From Parasynechococcus marenigrum WH 8102 (GTDB lineage Bacteria; Cyanobacteriota; Cyanobacteriia; PCC-6307; Cyanobiaceae), in NCBI RefSeq assembly GCF_000195975.1, contig NC_005070.1:1620001-1652000 (forward strand): DNA of 32,000 bases, in the 5' to 3' direction. Below, piece after piece: positions 1 to 10,656 of the stretch. The translations under genes were made by a program, and so were the position numbers. Numbering within the stretch: the first letter of the stretch is position 1; every line of letters begins with the position of its first letter. The notes under the pieces are model-generated. The model ran no database searches, had not been told where the DNA came from, and saw only the letters and a list, made by a program, of their open reading frames with translations.

Positions 1-1674
<1,674 letters not shown>

Positions 1675-1757
1675 GCAGCAGCGGAATCCCGTCTCGGGTC
1701 CAAGGTTCTTCGTTGAACCAATCCTAAGGAGGGGTCACCAGTGCCGATGAACCACCG

Positions 1758-2084
1758 ATGTCTCTGAGCAATCCCTGGACCCTGCTGCTGCTGGCCATAA
1801 GCGCTGAGGTGATCGGCACCTCCTGCCTGCGCCTGTCGGAGGGCATGACCAAGCCCGTACCGACCCTGCTGGTGTTTCTGGCCTATGCCATTGCCATGGC
1901 CCTGCTCTCCAAGGTGGTGCTGAGCATTCCCCTGGGCATCACCTATGCCCTGTGGAGCGGCATCGGCACCGTGGTGATCGTGCTGGTGGGCCGCTTCGCC
2001 TACGGCCAACTGCTCAATCCAACGCAACTGATCGGCATCGGCTTGATCACCGCCGGTGTGGTGCTGGTGAATCTGGCCAAATAA
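1758..2084 (+). CDS. Small multidrug resistance (SMR, EmrE/QacE-like) efflux protein, 108 aa
   Basis: ATG start and four hydrophobic helices. The TM1 glutamate context AISAEVIGTSCLRLSEG and the segment IPLGITYALWSGIGTV closely parallel EmrE as I recall it (AEVIGTTLMKFSEG / IPTGIAYAIWSGVGIV). Confidence 0.9.
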   Translation: MSLSNPWTLLLLAISAEVIGTSCLRLSEGMTKPVPTLLVFLAYAIAMALLSKVVLSIPLGITYALWSGIGTVVIVLVGRFAYGQLLNPTQLIGIGLITAGVVLVNLAK

Positions 2085-2087
2085 CCC

Positions 2088-3596
2088 TCAGCCCTGCAAG
2101 TCCAGCAGGGCATCACTGCGCTGACGCATCGCCAGCAGCAACGCAGGATCCTGAACCGGGTCGCCGCCGATGCTGGGCAACAACGCCTGCAAACGCTCGT
2201 TCCAGGCGGCACTCGCCAGCCGTTGCTTGAAACAGCGCTGCAGCACCTCCAACATGATCGTCACCGCTGTGCTGGCTCCGGGCGAGGCCCCCAGCAGCGC
2301 CGCCAGCGAACCATCCATGGAGGCCACCACCTCCGTGCCCAGCTGCAGCCGTCCCCCCTGTTTGCTGCGCTTGATGATCTGCACCCGCTGGCCCGCCACC
2401 GACAGGCTCCAGTCCTCCGCACGGGCCGTGGGCATGAACTGCTGCAGCGCGTCGTGGCGTTCTTCAGGGCTCTGGCGCAGCTGGTTGATCAGGTACTGCA
2501 CCAACTCGATGTTGGTGGCGCCCACCTGCAGCATCGGCAGCAGATTGGTCGGCCGCACGGAGGACGGCAGATCGAACAGCGACCCCTGCTTGAGGAATTT
2601 GCTGCTGAACCCTGCAAAGGGACCGAACAGCAGTGAGCGCTGACCATCGATCCAGCGGGTATCGAGATGGGGCACCGACATCGGTGGCGCCCCCACCGCA
2701 GCTTTTCCATACACCTTGGCCCGCTGCTTGGCCGCCAGCTGGGCATCACCGCACACCAACCAGAGGCCACTCACCGGGAAGCCCGCGAAATCATCCGCTT
2801 CCGGAATGCCGGAGCGTTGCAGCAACGGCAAGGCGCCGCCGCCTGCCCCCAGGAACACAAACGGTGCCCGCACCTCCCGCTTGCCGGAGGGGCCCTGCAG
2901 GATCACCCGCCAATCGGCCTCGGTCATGTCGCCCCGGCGCAGGCGCTTGATATCACGCACCTGGGTGCCGTACTCCACACAGAGCGCACCGCTGCGCTGC
3001 AGCGGCTCGAGGTAGGCGCGGGTGAGGGCGCCGAAATCCACATCCGTGCCGCGCTCGATCCGGGTGGCCGCCACCGGCTGCTTCAGATCCCGCCCTGCCA
3101 TCACCAGCGGCATCCAGTCGGTGAGTTCCGTGCGCTCCTCGCTCCAGCGCATCGCAGCGAAGGCCGGAATCTCACTCAGCTGCTCAAAACGCTGCCGCAG
3201 AAAGGCGATGTTCTCCGCTGTCCACACCGCACTGATGTGGGCCGCCTGATGCAGGAAGCTGCTGGTGTCGAGCTCGCCGCGTTCCCGCAGGGATCCCCAG
3301 AACTCCAGGCTGCGCTCGAAACCGGCGTTGATGGCCACCGCTTTGGCCGTGGCCACGGTGCCGTCGGCCTGCATCGGGGTGTAATTCAGCTCGCAGTTGG
3401 CGGCATGACCCGTGCCGGCATTGTTGTTGGCCGCACTGCTCTCCCGGGCGGGACCTTCCAGACGCTCCACCAGGAGCAGCCGCAGCCCTGGATCCAGCTC
3501 ATGCAGCAGTGCCGCCAGGGTGGCGCTCATGATTCCGGCGCCCACCAGCACGGCATCGAAGCGAGCGTCTGCGCTGAAGGAGCCGTCCTGTTGCAC
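2088..3596 (-). CDS. mqo: Malate:quinone oxidoreductase, 502 aa, GTG start
   Basis: N-terminal FAD-binding fold DAVLVGAGIMSATLAALL, then NNAGTGHAANCELNYTP and GASPGASTAV. Length and motif order are typical of Mqo. It is convergent with the SMR gene, with only 3 nt between the stops. Confidence 0.88.
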   Translation of the reverse strand: MQQDGSFSADARFDAVLVGAGIMSATLAALLHELDPGLRLLLVERLEGPARESSAANNNAGTGHAANCELNYTPMQADGTVATAKAVAINAGFERSLEFWGSLRERGELDTSSFLHQAAHISAVWTAENIAFLRQRFEQLSEIPAFAAMRWSEERTELTDWMPLVMAGRDLKQPVAATRIERGTDVDFGALTRAYLEPLQRSGALCVEYGTQVRDIKRLRRGDMTEADWRVILQGPSGKREVRAPFVFLGAGGGALPLLQRSGIPEADDFAGFPVSGLWLVCGDAQLAAKQRAKVYGKAAVGAPPMSVPHLDTRWIDGQRSLLFGPFAGFSSKFLKQGSLFDLPSSVRPTNLLPMLQVGATNIELVQYLINQLRQSPEERHDALQQFMPTARAEDWSLSVAGQRVQIIKRSKQGGRLQLGTEVVASMDGSLAALLGASPGASTAVTIMLEVLQRCFKQRLASAAWNERLQALLPSIGGDPVQDPALLLAMRQRSDALLDLQG

Positions 3597-3674
3597 CGAG
3601 AAAGGGTGATAACCGCTCTCGTCACCCTATGGGGCCGCTCCGTAGGCTTGGAAGGCTGATCCCTGTAGAGCCCG

Positions 3675-3920
3675 ATGAGCACCGAAACCATGGCCCTGAC
3701 GTTGGAGAACGTGGAGAAGGTGCTCGATGAGCTTCGTCCGTTCCTGATGGCCGACGGCGGCAACGTTGAAGTGGTGGAACTCGATGGTCCGATCGTGAAG
3801 GTGCGGCTGCAGGGGGCCTGCGGCAGCTGCCCCAGCAGCACCATGACGCTGAAGATGGGCATCGAACGCAAGATGCGCGAGTCCATCCCCGAGGTGAGTG
3901 AAGTGGTGCAGGTGCTCTGA
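3675..3920 (+). CDS. nfu: NifU C-terminal-domain (Nfu-type) Fe-S cluster scaffold/carrier, 81 aa
   Basis: Short ORF with the Nfu pattern [42 protein letters not shown] (CxxC). Confidence 0.88.
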   Translation: MSTETMALTLENVEKVLDELRPFLMADGGNVEVVELDGPIVKVRLQGACGSCPSSTMTLKMGIERKMRESIPEVSEVVQVL

Positions 3921-3922
3921 AC

Positions 3923-4185
3923 CATGGCCATGGCGGCAGCGCTCATCACCTGTTAGTCGGGGCCCTTGCCGAGGCTGGAGGGGCCTTGAATCAGGTCGAC
4001 GTGAACGAATTCGACGGATATCCGATGTTGCGGGCCGGCTTTACTCAGGTGGAGGGTGAGGTGTTGGATCCCTGACTCCCTCTGGCAGGAATTGGATGCC
4101 TGGGAAGAGGTTCCCCGGGGTCTACCAACGCTGCCGCCGGGAGCTCGTCGACGGGAGAGAGGTCTGGGTTTACGAGGCGTCCTAA
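3923..4185 (+). pseudogene. Degraded gamma-glutamylcyclotransferase-like (AIG2/GGCT family) gene remnant with at least two frameshifts and no N-terminus
   Basis: The frame of 3923 reads ..HHLLVGALAEAGGALNQVDVNEFDGYPMLRAGFTQVEGEVLDP* (stop 4073-4075). The next frame continues DSLWQELDAWEEVPRG (4074-4121). The third frame gives VYQRCRRELVDGREVWVYEAS* (4120-4185). Joined, they reproduce the family pattern YP..l...V.GEv...LD..E....Y.R.....g...W.Y. The second shift sits in a ccccgggg run. The N-terminal YGTLK-type motif is absent. Confidence 0.4.
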
Positions 4186-4880
4186 ACCGGCACTGAAGGG
4201 CACTCCCTGGCTGCGAAATCGCAGGAATACACCGCCGGCTTCTGCCAGCTCAGGGGAATTTCCAACAGATCACGGCTGCCGCTGATGGCCTGGCCCAGAA
4301 ACAGCACCGCAGCCAAAACCGAGGCAGTGATGTGCAGGCGACGCAGCCGTTGGTTCTTCAGAATTTCAGGCTTGGCACCAAGGGAAAACAGCATCAGTCC
4401 GGTGACCCCAACGCCGGACCAGTAGTGGGACTGCCAGAAGGCCGCTGAAAAGGGGTTATCTGACAGTCGCCAGACTTCTGGTTGGGCGCCCAGGCTCAGA
4501 ACACCGATCCAGGTGATCAGGCTGAAGGCAAGACGCAGGGGTGCGGCCTTGCAGCGGAGCAAGGCCACCAGGCTGGCCACGGTGCCCACCAGCACCATCA
4601 GCAGTTGCGCTGCCCGCCGGCCACCACCGGCGAACTCCGCTGGGGTGGTTTTGGTGCCGATCACCACGGTGAGGGCCACAAGCACGATCAGCACCACAGC
4701 CGCCGCAAGCCAACGGCCGAGATCGCTGTGATCGCGGCCCACCGTGACCGGATGCTTCACCCTGGCCAACCGCCGCTGCCGCGTTTGCCAGGCCAGCCGC
4801 ACCACCACCCCAAGCAAGGGATACACCAGCACTACGGCCAGGGCCGGATGCAGGATCCAGATCCAGTCGATGGTGGTCAT
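4182..4880 (-). CDS. DUF4079-like polytopic membrane protein (copy 1)
   Basis: The track ORF is 4182-4970. I set the start at the third Met (ATG 4880, MTTIDWIWILHPALAVVLVYPLLG) so it does not overlap the divergent aminotransferase start at 4939. It has several TM helices and is a clear paralogue of the 12407-13078 product (shared HPAL, WQSH(Y/F)W, RR.H, AISGSRDL). The family name is from memory. Confidence 0.7.
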   Translation of the reverse strand: MTTIDWIWILHPALAVVLVYPLLGVVVRLAWQTRQRRLARVKHPVTVGRDHSDLGRWLAAAVVLIVLVALTVVIGTKTTPAEFAGGGRRAAQLLMVLVGTVASLVALLRCKAAPLRLAFSLITWIGVLSLGAQPEVWRLSDNPFSAAFWQSHYWSGVGVTGLMLFSLGAKPEILKNQRLRRLHITASVLAAVLFLGQAISGSRDLLEIPLSWQKPAVYSCDFAARECPSVPV

Positions 4881-4938
4881 ACGAGCAAACCAACCCGGAA
4901 GGCCTCCCACAAGAATGGCCGCATTGGTGAGCAATTTC

Positions 4939-6105
4939 ATGCGAGAGCTCTGTCCAGCCCTGCTCAACAAGACCTACTTCAACTACGGCGGCCAGGGGCC
5001 TTTGCCCACACCATCGCTGGAGGCCATCCAGGCCAGCTGGCGACGCATTCAGGAACTCGGTCCATTCACCACCGATGTGTGGCCGTTCATCGGTGCCGAA
5101 GTGTCCAGCACCCGAAGGCGCCTGGCCGAGCTATGTGGGGTGGCACCCCATCGCCTGGCCCTCAGTGAAAACGTCACCAGCGGCTGTGTCCTGCCGCTGT
5201 GGGGTCTGCCCTTCGTCGCAGGCGATCGCCTGTTGATCAGCGACTGTGAACACCCTGGGGTTGTCGCCGCCTGCGTGGAGCTGGCCCGCCGTGAAGACCT
5301 TGTGATCGACACGCTGCCGGTACAGCAGCTACGAGGCGATCAACCCAGCACCGATGCGGGCGTGATGGATGCGCTGGAGCAGGGCCTCACCCCCCGCACG
5401 CGGCTGGTGGTGCTGAGCCATCTGCTTTGGAACACCGGTCAGATCATGCCCATCACCGCCGTTGCCGAACGGCTTGCCCAGCACCCTCAGTCGCCCTTCC
5501 TGCTGGTGGATGCGGCCCAGAGCTTCGGGCAGATACCTGTGCAGCAGGCCGCTGCCGCCGCCGACATCTATGCCTTCACAGGCCACAAGTGGGCCTGTGG
5601 GCCCGAAGGCCTGGGGGGCGTGGCGCTCTCCGAACGGGTGCTGGCACAGGGTCAACCCACCGTGATCGGTTGGCGCAGCCTGCGGGATGAGAGCAAGGCA
5701 GACCTGAGCAGCTCAGATCCGTTTCACCACGACAGCCGACGTTTCGAGGTGGCCACCAGTTGCGTGCCCCTGATGGCCGGCCTGCGGCGTTCGCTTGATC
5801 TGCTGGATCAGGAGGGGACGGGTGACGAACGCTGGACTCAGATCCAGTCGCGCAGTGAAGCGCTTTGGCAGGCCCTGAACAACTTGGACGGGGTGACGCC
5901 GCTGCTGCAGGTGCCCCCCGCCAGCGGCCTGGTGAGTTTTCAACTGCGCCATGACGCTCCTCCTGCAGAGGTGGTACGGCTGCTCGGACAACAGGGCCTG
6001 TGGATCCGCGACCTGGCGGACCCAAGCTGCCTGCGCGCCTGCACCCACGTGACCACTACAGAGGCTGAAGCCGAGGCACTGACCACAGCCATTACACGAT
6101 ATTGA
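4939..6105 (+). CDS. Class-V aminotransferase (cysteine-desulfurase / isopenicillin-N-epimerase-like), 388 aa
   Basis: Start moved to ATG 4939 (MRELCPALLNKTYFNYGGQGPLPTPSLEAIQ), because the first 65 codons of the 453-aa track ORF are antisense to the neighbouring gene. The PLP-lysine context is YAFTGHKWACGPEGLG. Confidence 0.85.
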   Translation: MRELCPALLNKTYFNYGGQGPLPTPSLEAIQASWRRIQELGPFTTDVWPFIGAEVSSTRRRLAELCGVAPHRLALSENVTSGCVLPLWGLPFVAGDRLLISDCEHPGVVAACVELARREDLVIDTLPVQQLRGDQPSTDAGVMDALEQGLTPRTRLVVLSHLLWNTGQIMPITAVAERLAQHPQSPFLLVDAAQSFGQIPVQQAAAAADIYAFTGHKWACGPEGLGGVALSERVLAQGQPTVIGWRSLRDESKADLSSSDPFHHDSRRFEVATSCVPLMAGLRRSLDLLDQEGTGDERWTQIQSRSEALWQALNNLDGVTPLLQVPPASGLVSFQLRHDAPPAEVVRLLGQQGLWIRDLADPSCLRACTHVTTTEAEAEALTTAITRY

Positions 6106-6143
6106 CTACATATTGAATTGATATCTTACCCATTTCGTGCCAC

Positions 6144-7646
6144 TTACTGTCGCTGCCTGAGGGCCTGCTCCGCCTCTTCCCGGTCATCGAAATGCACTTT
6201 CTCGGTACCGAGAATTTGATAGTCCTCATGGCCCTTGCCGGCGATCAGCACCAGGTCCGCCGCTGACGCATCAGCAATGGCCTCCGCGATCGCCGTGGCC
6301 CGGTCGCGCTCCACGCTCAGGTCGGTGCCGGAGGGCATACCCGCCACCACATCAGCAATGATTTGATCGGGATCTTCCGTGCGCGGGTTGTCGGAGGTGA
6401 CCACCACCCGGTCCGCCAGGCGAGCAGCAATGGCTGCCATCTGAGGCCGCTTGCCCCGATCCCGATCGCCGCCACAGCCAAACACGCAGACCAGCCGACC
6501 ATCGGTGAATGGCCGAGACGCTGCAAGGGCATTCTCAAGACCATCGGGGGTATGGGCGTAATCCACAAGAACAGTGGGCAACGCGGCAGATTCAGCCCCG
6601 TTCACGACCACCCGCTCCATCCGACCGGGCACACCCCGAAAGCTGCCGACGGCCTCCAGCAGCGGCGCCAGGGGCAGCCCCCGTTGCAGCAGCACGCCCA
6701 CCGCCTGCAACAGGTTCATCAGGTTGAAGCGCCCCAGCAGCGGAGAACAGAACGCGCCGGATCCTGCGGGACTGAGCAAGCGTCCACGGACGCCCTGTCC
6801 GGTCATCTCGAGGTCGACCATCTGCAGCTCCGCTTGCGGGTCTCCCAGGGAGCTGCGCCAGCAACGACCGCCCAGCTGCTCGGCGAGACGGCTCCCCCAG
6901 GGATCATCGCCATTCACCACCGCCGAAGGTCCATCTCCATCCAGCAAGGGAGCCGTGAACAAACGCGCCTTGGCCTCGTAATAGGACTCCATCGTGCCGT
7001 GGTAATCGAGGTGGTCCTGGGTGAGGTTGGTGAACACCGCCCCCGCGAAGCGGCACCCCGCCACCCGCTCCTGAACAAGGGCGTGGGAACTCACCTCCAT
7101 CGCCGCCAGCTGGCTGCCAGCACTCGCTGCTTCCGCCAGCTGGGCCTGCAGGCGATCAGCCACCGATGTGGTGTGGGTGGCCGTGATGCTGTAGCCCGGC
7201 CAACGGTTCACCAAGGTGCCGAACAGGGCGGTGGGCTGACCAACTCGCACCGCCAGGTGCTCGATCAGGTGTGTTGTGGTGGTTTTGCCATTGGTACCGG
7301 TGACACCGATCAGTGCCATCCGGCGGCAGGGATGGCCCCAGTAGGAAGCCGCCAGTTCACCGATGCTGCGCGCCACCGGTTCTCGCAAGACCAACACTGG
7401 CTGATCAGCGGCGGGGGGCAGCTCCTGCGCGGCGGAGGGGCCGATCACGGCAGCAGCAGCACCTGCCTCCAGTGCCTGCCTCCAGAAACGACCGCCATCA
7501 AAGCGCTCCCCCGGCAGCCCCAGGAACAGCGATCCCTCACCCACCAGGCGCGAATCGCTGGTGATGGAGGTGAGCTGGGGATCGGCCAGACCAGCAGGCA
7601 GCTCCAGGCCTACATCGCGCAGCAGGGCATGCAACGACTGACCCAT
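6144..7646 (-). CDS. murE: UDP-N-acetylmuramoyl-L-alanyl-D-glutamate--2,6-diaminopimelate ligase, 500 aa
   Basis: Mur-ligase P-loop [14 protein letters not shown] and the MurE-type DNPR motif ([12 protein letters not shown]), with appropriate length. Confidence 0.95.
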   Translation of the reverse strand: MGQSLHALLRDVGLELPAGLADPQLTSITSDSRLVGEGSLFLGLPGERFDGGRFWRQALEAGAAAAVIGPSAAQELPPAADQPVLVLREPVARSIGELAASYWGHPCRRMALIGVTGTNGKTTTTHLIEHLAVRVGQPTALFGTLVNRWPGYSITATHTTSVADRLQAQLAEAASAGSQLAAMEVSSHALVQERVAGCRFAGAVFTNLTQDHLDYHGTMESYYEAKARLFTAPLLDGDGPSAVVNGDDPWGSRLAEQLGGRCWRSSLGDPQAELQMVDLEMTGQGVRGRLLSPAGSGAFCSPLLGRFNLMNLLQAVGVLLQRGLPLAPLLEAVGSFRGVPGRMERVVVNGAESAALPTVLVDYAHTPDGLENALAASRPFTDGRLVCVFGCGGDRDRGKRPQMAAIAARLADRVVVTSDNPRTEDPDQIIADVVAGMPSGTDLSVERDRATAIAEAIADASAADLVLIAGKGHEDYQILGTEKVHFDDREEAEQALRQRQ

Positions 7647-7670
7647 GCGATTGCCAGAACTCGGCTCGTT

Positions 7671-7778
7671 CTAAGCCGATCCAGCAGGGTTGGACAGCGC
7701 CCGTTGCAACCAGCTGAACAGGCCCTCAAAGCTTCCTCGCTCGGGAAAGCGGCGCTCAAGGCCAATCAAGCCCGACAT
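7671..7778 (-). pseudogene. 35-codon ORF that is a displaced or duplicated copy of the 3' end of the DUF836 glutaredoxin-like gene
   Basis: Manual translation gives MSGLIGLERRFPERGSFEGLFSWLQRALSNPAGSA*. Its last ~26 aa align without gaps to the C-terminus of the 9289-9567 product (RVSPRLSSEGLFNWLHKVLVDSGLM), with 11 identities. Its ATG overlaps the stop of the upstream RodZ-like gene (TGATG). It is too short for the ORF track. Confidence 0.35.
7705..7728. repeat. Left copy of a 24-nt direct repeat (tgcaaccagCtgaacaggccctca)
   Basis: 23/24 identical to 9320-9343 in the same orientation. It lies inside the 35-codon ORF. Confidence 0.6.
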
Positions 7779-8563
7779 CAGGGCATTAATGGAAGCCACT
7801 TGATGTCATCAATCGTTCCCAACCTCCGTGGGGGTAGACCATCAGTGATCACTTCAACCAAATCTGGACGACCCGCATAGATCTCAATTTCGACAGGCCG
7901 ATCGACAACTTTTTCACCCTCAAGGTTGCCATCAAACTCAACCTTCCCATTACGCCTAAGGGTTACCCAGCTTGGCCCCTTGGAACGAAGAGTGACTTGC
8001 TCAGCAACTTGATCCTTGACTTCAACGACAGGTGCTTCGACTTCGGCGATCTGCTCCGGCGGTTGGTTAACAGGGGAGGCTTCATTGGGAACTGAAGACT
8101 TATTCCTAGTCAGCATCAGGCCAGAAATAATGTTCGAACCTGAGTTCAATGTCAAAACTCCAATGACACCAATCAATGCCAAAAAAGCTACAACAGGTCC
8201 GATATTTTTTGTAGCTCCTGAGGATTTATCCGCTCTTGCGGAAGCAGAAAGCTGTGATGCAACTTTTGGAGCATCTGCAGCGCCTTGCGATTCAACCTGG
8301 GCATTTGCAACGCCTTTTGAGAGGGAGCCTGATCCAGAAGCAGGAATTTGCTTAATTAGGTGATCTGCTAGACCAAGTCTCTGGAATATGTCTTGCCTTT
8401 GGTCAAGTCGCAACGATGCGAAGGTCCGCTCAAGATTTCGCAATTGCTGATTCTCAAAAGCCAGCTTGATTAGATAGTTCTGATCTTCGGCAGTTTGTCG
8501 ACCAAGCCAGGCGATGAAGCTTTCAAAATCTGGAGGAAAAGTATATTTGGTTGGAGGATTCAT
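7778..8563 (-). CDS. Single-pass membrane protein with a RodZ-C/DUF4115-like C-terminal domain, 261 aa
   Basis: It lies in an AT-rich segment. It has an N-terminal ~75-aa domain, a low-complexity Ser/Ala linker, one TM helix (IGPVVAFLALIGVIGVLTL) and a C-terminal beta-rich domain (VTLRSKGPSWVTLRRNGKVEFDGNLEGEKV..IEIYAGRPDLVEV) matching my recollection of the RodZ C-terminal pattern. A canonical XRE-type HTH is not obvious. Confidence 0.65.
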   Translation of the reverse strand: MNPPTKYTFPPDFESFIAWLGRQTAEDQNYLIKLAFENQQLRNLERTFASLRLDQRQDIFQRLGLADHLIKQIPASGSGSLSKGVANAQVESQGAADAPKVASQLSASARADKSSGATKNIGPVVAFLALIGVIGVLTLNSGSNIISGLMLTRNKSSVPNEASPVNQPPEQIAEVEAPVVEVKDQVAEQVTLRSKGPSWVTLRRNGKVEFDGNLEGEKVVDRPVEIEIYAGRPDLVEVITDGLPPRRLGTIDDIKWLPLMP

Positions 8564-8622
8564 GACTCAGGAAATAATTTACTAGGCTTAGAATTTCCAC
8601 TTATTAGTATATAATCATCATA

Positions 8623-8829
8623 TCAACTCACATACAGCTTCTCTTGAACACTTTTTGGGATACCAAGTCTTCCGAAAAGCTCATTGCGCTGCTCCGGCGA
8701 CAAACCCGATACTCCCTCGACCATTCCACGCACTTTGAATTCGTCATAGACGAGATCAATTGCATCAGATTGATCATCATCATCCAATTCCTGAAACCAC
8801 CTCAAGAAGCGATTAGTTTTTTCGTTCAT
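8623..8829 (-). CDS. 68-aa protein, stand-alone paralogue of the N-terminal domain of the 261-aa neighbour
   Basis: An ungapped 59-residue alignment pairs RFLRWFQELDDDDQSDAIDLVYDEF..GLSPEQRNELFGRLGIPKSVQEKL with SFIAWLGRQTAEDQNYLIKLAFENQ..SLRLDQRQDIFQRLGLADHLIKQI. It has 14 identities plus many conservative pairs. Confidence 0.55.
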   Translation of the reverse strand: MNEKTNRFLRWFQELDDDDQSDAIDLVYDEFKVRGMVEGVSGLSPEQRNELFGRLGIPKSVQEKLYVS

Positions 8830-9288
8830 CGGGAAAACGCAAAACTTTTAGAGAAAAAATGAAATCATTGACAATCAAACCTTCCCAAAAAAGAGAATTT
8901 GGTCAATCTAAAAATCATTTGGGTAGTTCAATACTAGCTTAGTCATGCCAAAAGCGCAACCAAAGCCCGCCCAATGGACGCAATCAACCTCTCAAGTCAA
9001 TACGCCTTATCGCAACTTCCAACAACATTGGCGATGCAATGAAACAACCCACGAGACCAATAAAACCCTAACTTTGTTGATTCACCAAAACGCAATACAT
9101 CAAGCTTTTGACACTCTGATACAATGTTTAAACAGAAAAATGTTTTCTAACGCCAAATACCAAGAACAACTACCGAAGAAATAGCAATCATCTGGACGAA
9201 ATCTCTTCAATTCAGACACCGATCACGAATAACAACCGGTGACACCTCTAGTCGTCATCGGATAAGGACTTCCAAAACTGTTGGGGAC

Positions 9289-9567
9289 TTACATCAGACC
9301 TGAATCAACCAAAACCTTATGCAACCAGTTGAACAGGCCCTCACTGGACAACCGCGGTGACACCCGTGGCAGCTCCCGACCCTGGGCCACCAGCACCGGC
9401 ACCTCCAGGTCGTATCGGGCCTTCAGCTCGGGGGAGACGTCTTGGCCATCAATGTCAATCACCTGCAGCGTGATCCCAAGCCCAGCCAGGTTGAGGGCGA
9501 TTAATCGTTGTTCGAGCCCCTCACAGAGACAGCAGCCCTGGCGGCTGTACAGCACCAGCACCTGCAT
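9289..9567 (-). CDS. Glutaredoxin-like thioredoxin-fold protein (DUF836-type), 92 aa
   Basis: [20 protein letters not shown].. carries a CxxC near the N-terminus of a ~90-aa thioredoxin-fold protein. Its start overlaps the yidD stop by 1 nt (TGATG). Confidence 0.8.
   Translation of the reverse strand: MQVLVLYSRQGCCLCEGLEQRLIALNLAGLGITLQVIDIDGQDVSPELKARYDLEVPVLVAQGRELPRVSPRLSSEGLFNWLHKVLVDSGLM
9320..9343. repeat. Right copy of the 24-nt direct repeat (tgcaaccagTtgaacaggccctca)
   Basis: 23/24 identical to 7705-7728. It encodes ..EGLFNWL.. near the 3' end of the intact DUF836 gene. Confidence 0.6.
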
Positions 9568-9881
9568 CAGTCCGGCACCGGATCACAGCCGCAGGGGGTG
9601 AAGGGGTGGCAGCGCAGCAGCCGTTTCACGGTGAGCCAACCTCCCTTCCAAGGGCCGTGCCGCTGGATCGCCTCCAGGCCGTAGGCACTGCAGGTGGGGG
9701 TGAAGCGACAGCGGGGACCGATCAGCGGTGAGATGAAACGCCGGTAAAACCCGATCCCAGCCAGCATCAGCCAGGCCAGCGCAGCGTTGATCGCAGCGAG
9801 GACGAACGCCAATGGGCTGACCGATACAGTGGCTGGTTCGTGCACTAGCGGCGTCACCTGGGACTGATCCGGTTCCAGCAT
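9567..9881 (-). CDS. yidD: Membrane protein insertion efficiency factor YidD
   Basis: The conserved core is [51 protein letters not shown] set the start at ATG 9881 (MLEPDQ..), because the track start at 9986 would run across the rpsD start. Confidence 0.85.
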   Translation of the reverse strand: MLEPDQSQVTPLVHEPATVSVSPLAFVLAAINAALAWLMLAGIGFYRRFISPLIGPRCRFTPTCSAYGLEAIQRHGPWKGGWLTVKRLLRCHPFTPCGCDPVPD

Positions 9882-9921
9882 GGCCAAGCCCGGCACGACT
9901 TCAACCTCTACCTTCCCATCC

Positions 9922-10530
9922 ATGGCTCGATACCGCGGCCCTCGTCTGAGGATCACGCGGCGCTTGGGAGACCTCCCCGGTCTCACCCGGAAGGCCGCAA
10001 AGCGGTCCTATCCCCCCGGTCAGCACGGCCAAGCCCGTCGCAAGCGCTCTGAATACGCGATCCGTCTCGAAGAGAAGCAAAAGCTTCGCTTCAACTACGG
10101 CGTCTCCGAGCGTCAGCTCGTGCGCTACGTGAAGAAAGCGCGCGCCCAGGAGGGTTCCACCGGAACCAACCTGCTCAAGCTGCTCGAGAACCGTCTCGAC
10201 AATGTCTGTTTCCGCCTCGGCTTCGGTCCCACCGTGCCCGGCGCCCGTCAGCTGGTGAACCACGGCCACGTGACCGTGAATGGCCGTGTCACCGACATCG
10301 CCAGCTACCAGTGCAAGCCCGGCGATGTGGTCGCCATCCGCGAGCGCAAGTGCAGCAAACAGCTGGCTGAAGGCAACCTGGAGTTCCCCGGTCTGGCCAA
10401 CGTGCCGACCCACCTGGAACTGGACAAGGCCAAGCTCAGTGCCAAGGTCACCGGTCGCTGTGAACGCGAGTGGGTTGCTCTGGAAATCAATGAGCTGCTG
10501 GTGGTGGAGTACTACTCCAGAAAGGTCTGA
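9922..10530 (+). CDS. rpsD: 30S ribosomal protein S4, 202 aa
   Basis: Canonical N-terminus [24 protein letters not shown] from ATG 9922 (the track ORF starts 14 codons earlier), followed by an S4 RNA-binding domain ([24 protein letters not shown]). Confidence 0.95.
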   Translation: MARYRGPRLRITRRLGDLPGLTRKAAKRSYPPGQHGQARRKRSEYAIRLEEKQKLRFNYGVSERQLVRYVKKARAQEGSTGTNLLKLLENRLDNVCFRLGFGPTVPGARQLVNHGHVTVNGRVTDIASYQCKPGDVVAIRERKCSKQLAEGNLEFPGLANVPTHLELDKAKLSAKVTGRCEREWVALEINELLVVEYYSRKV

Positions 10531-10587
10531 TTTTCTGCTTGTTGCACAGTCTTGTGCGCCACAGCCTTGGTTGCGCTGCCCCCCCAA

Positions 10588-10628
10588 CTCCCGCCCCCGT
10601 TAACCGACGGTGGGCAGGAGTTTTTTTT
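10588..10628 (+). terminator. Rho-independent terminator downstream of rpsD
   Basis: GC-rich hairpin ctcccgcccccgt / acggtgggcaggag (12 bp, one bulge, one mismatch, 6-nt loop) followed directly by T8 (10621-10628). Confidence 0.75.
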
Positions 10629-10656
10629 CATGGCAAGGCAAACAGCACCAAAGCAA

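Noticed and set aside
8945-9184. 79-aa plus-strand ORF in the AT-rich spacer of the insert
   Set aside because: It has no RBS. Its Gln/Asn/Thr/His-rich composition simply reflects the A/C-rich strand bias of the spacer, and I recognised no motif. I treat 8830-9288 as non-coding DNA of unknown function.
9236-9262. Hairpin ccggtgac-N10-gtcatcgg just downstream of the DUF836 stop, considered as a terminator of the yidD-DUF836 transcript
   Set aside because: On the transcribed (minus) strand the stem has an A-C mismatch and is followed only by a broken T-rich run (ttgttatt). That is too weak to call.
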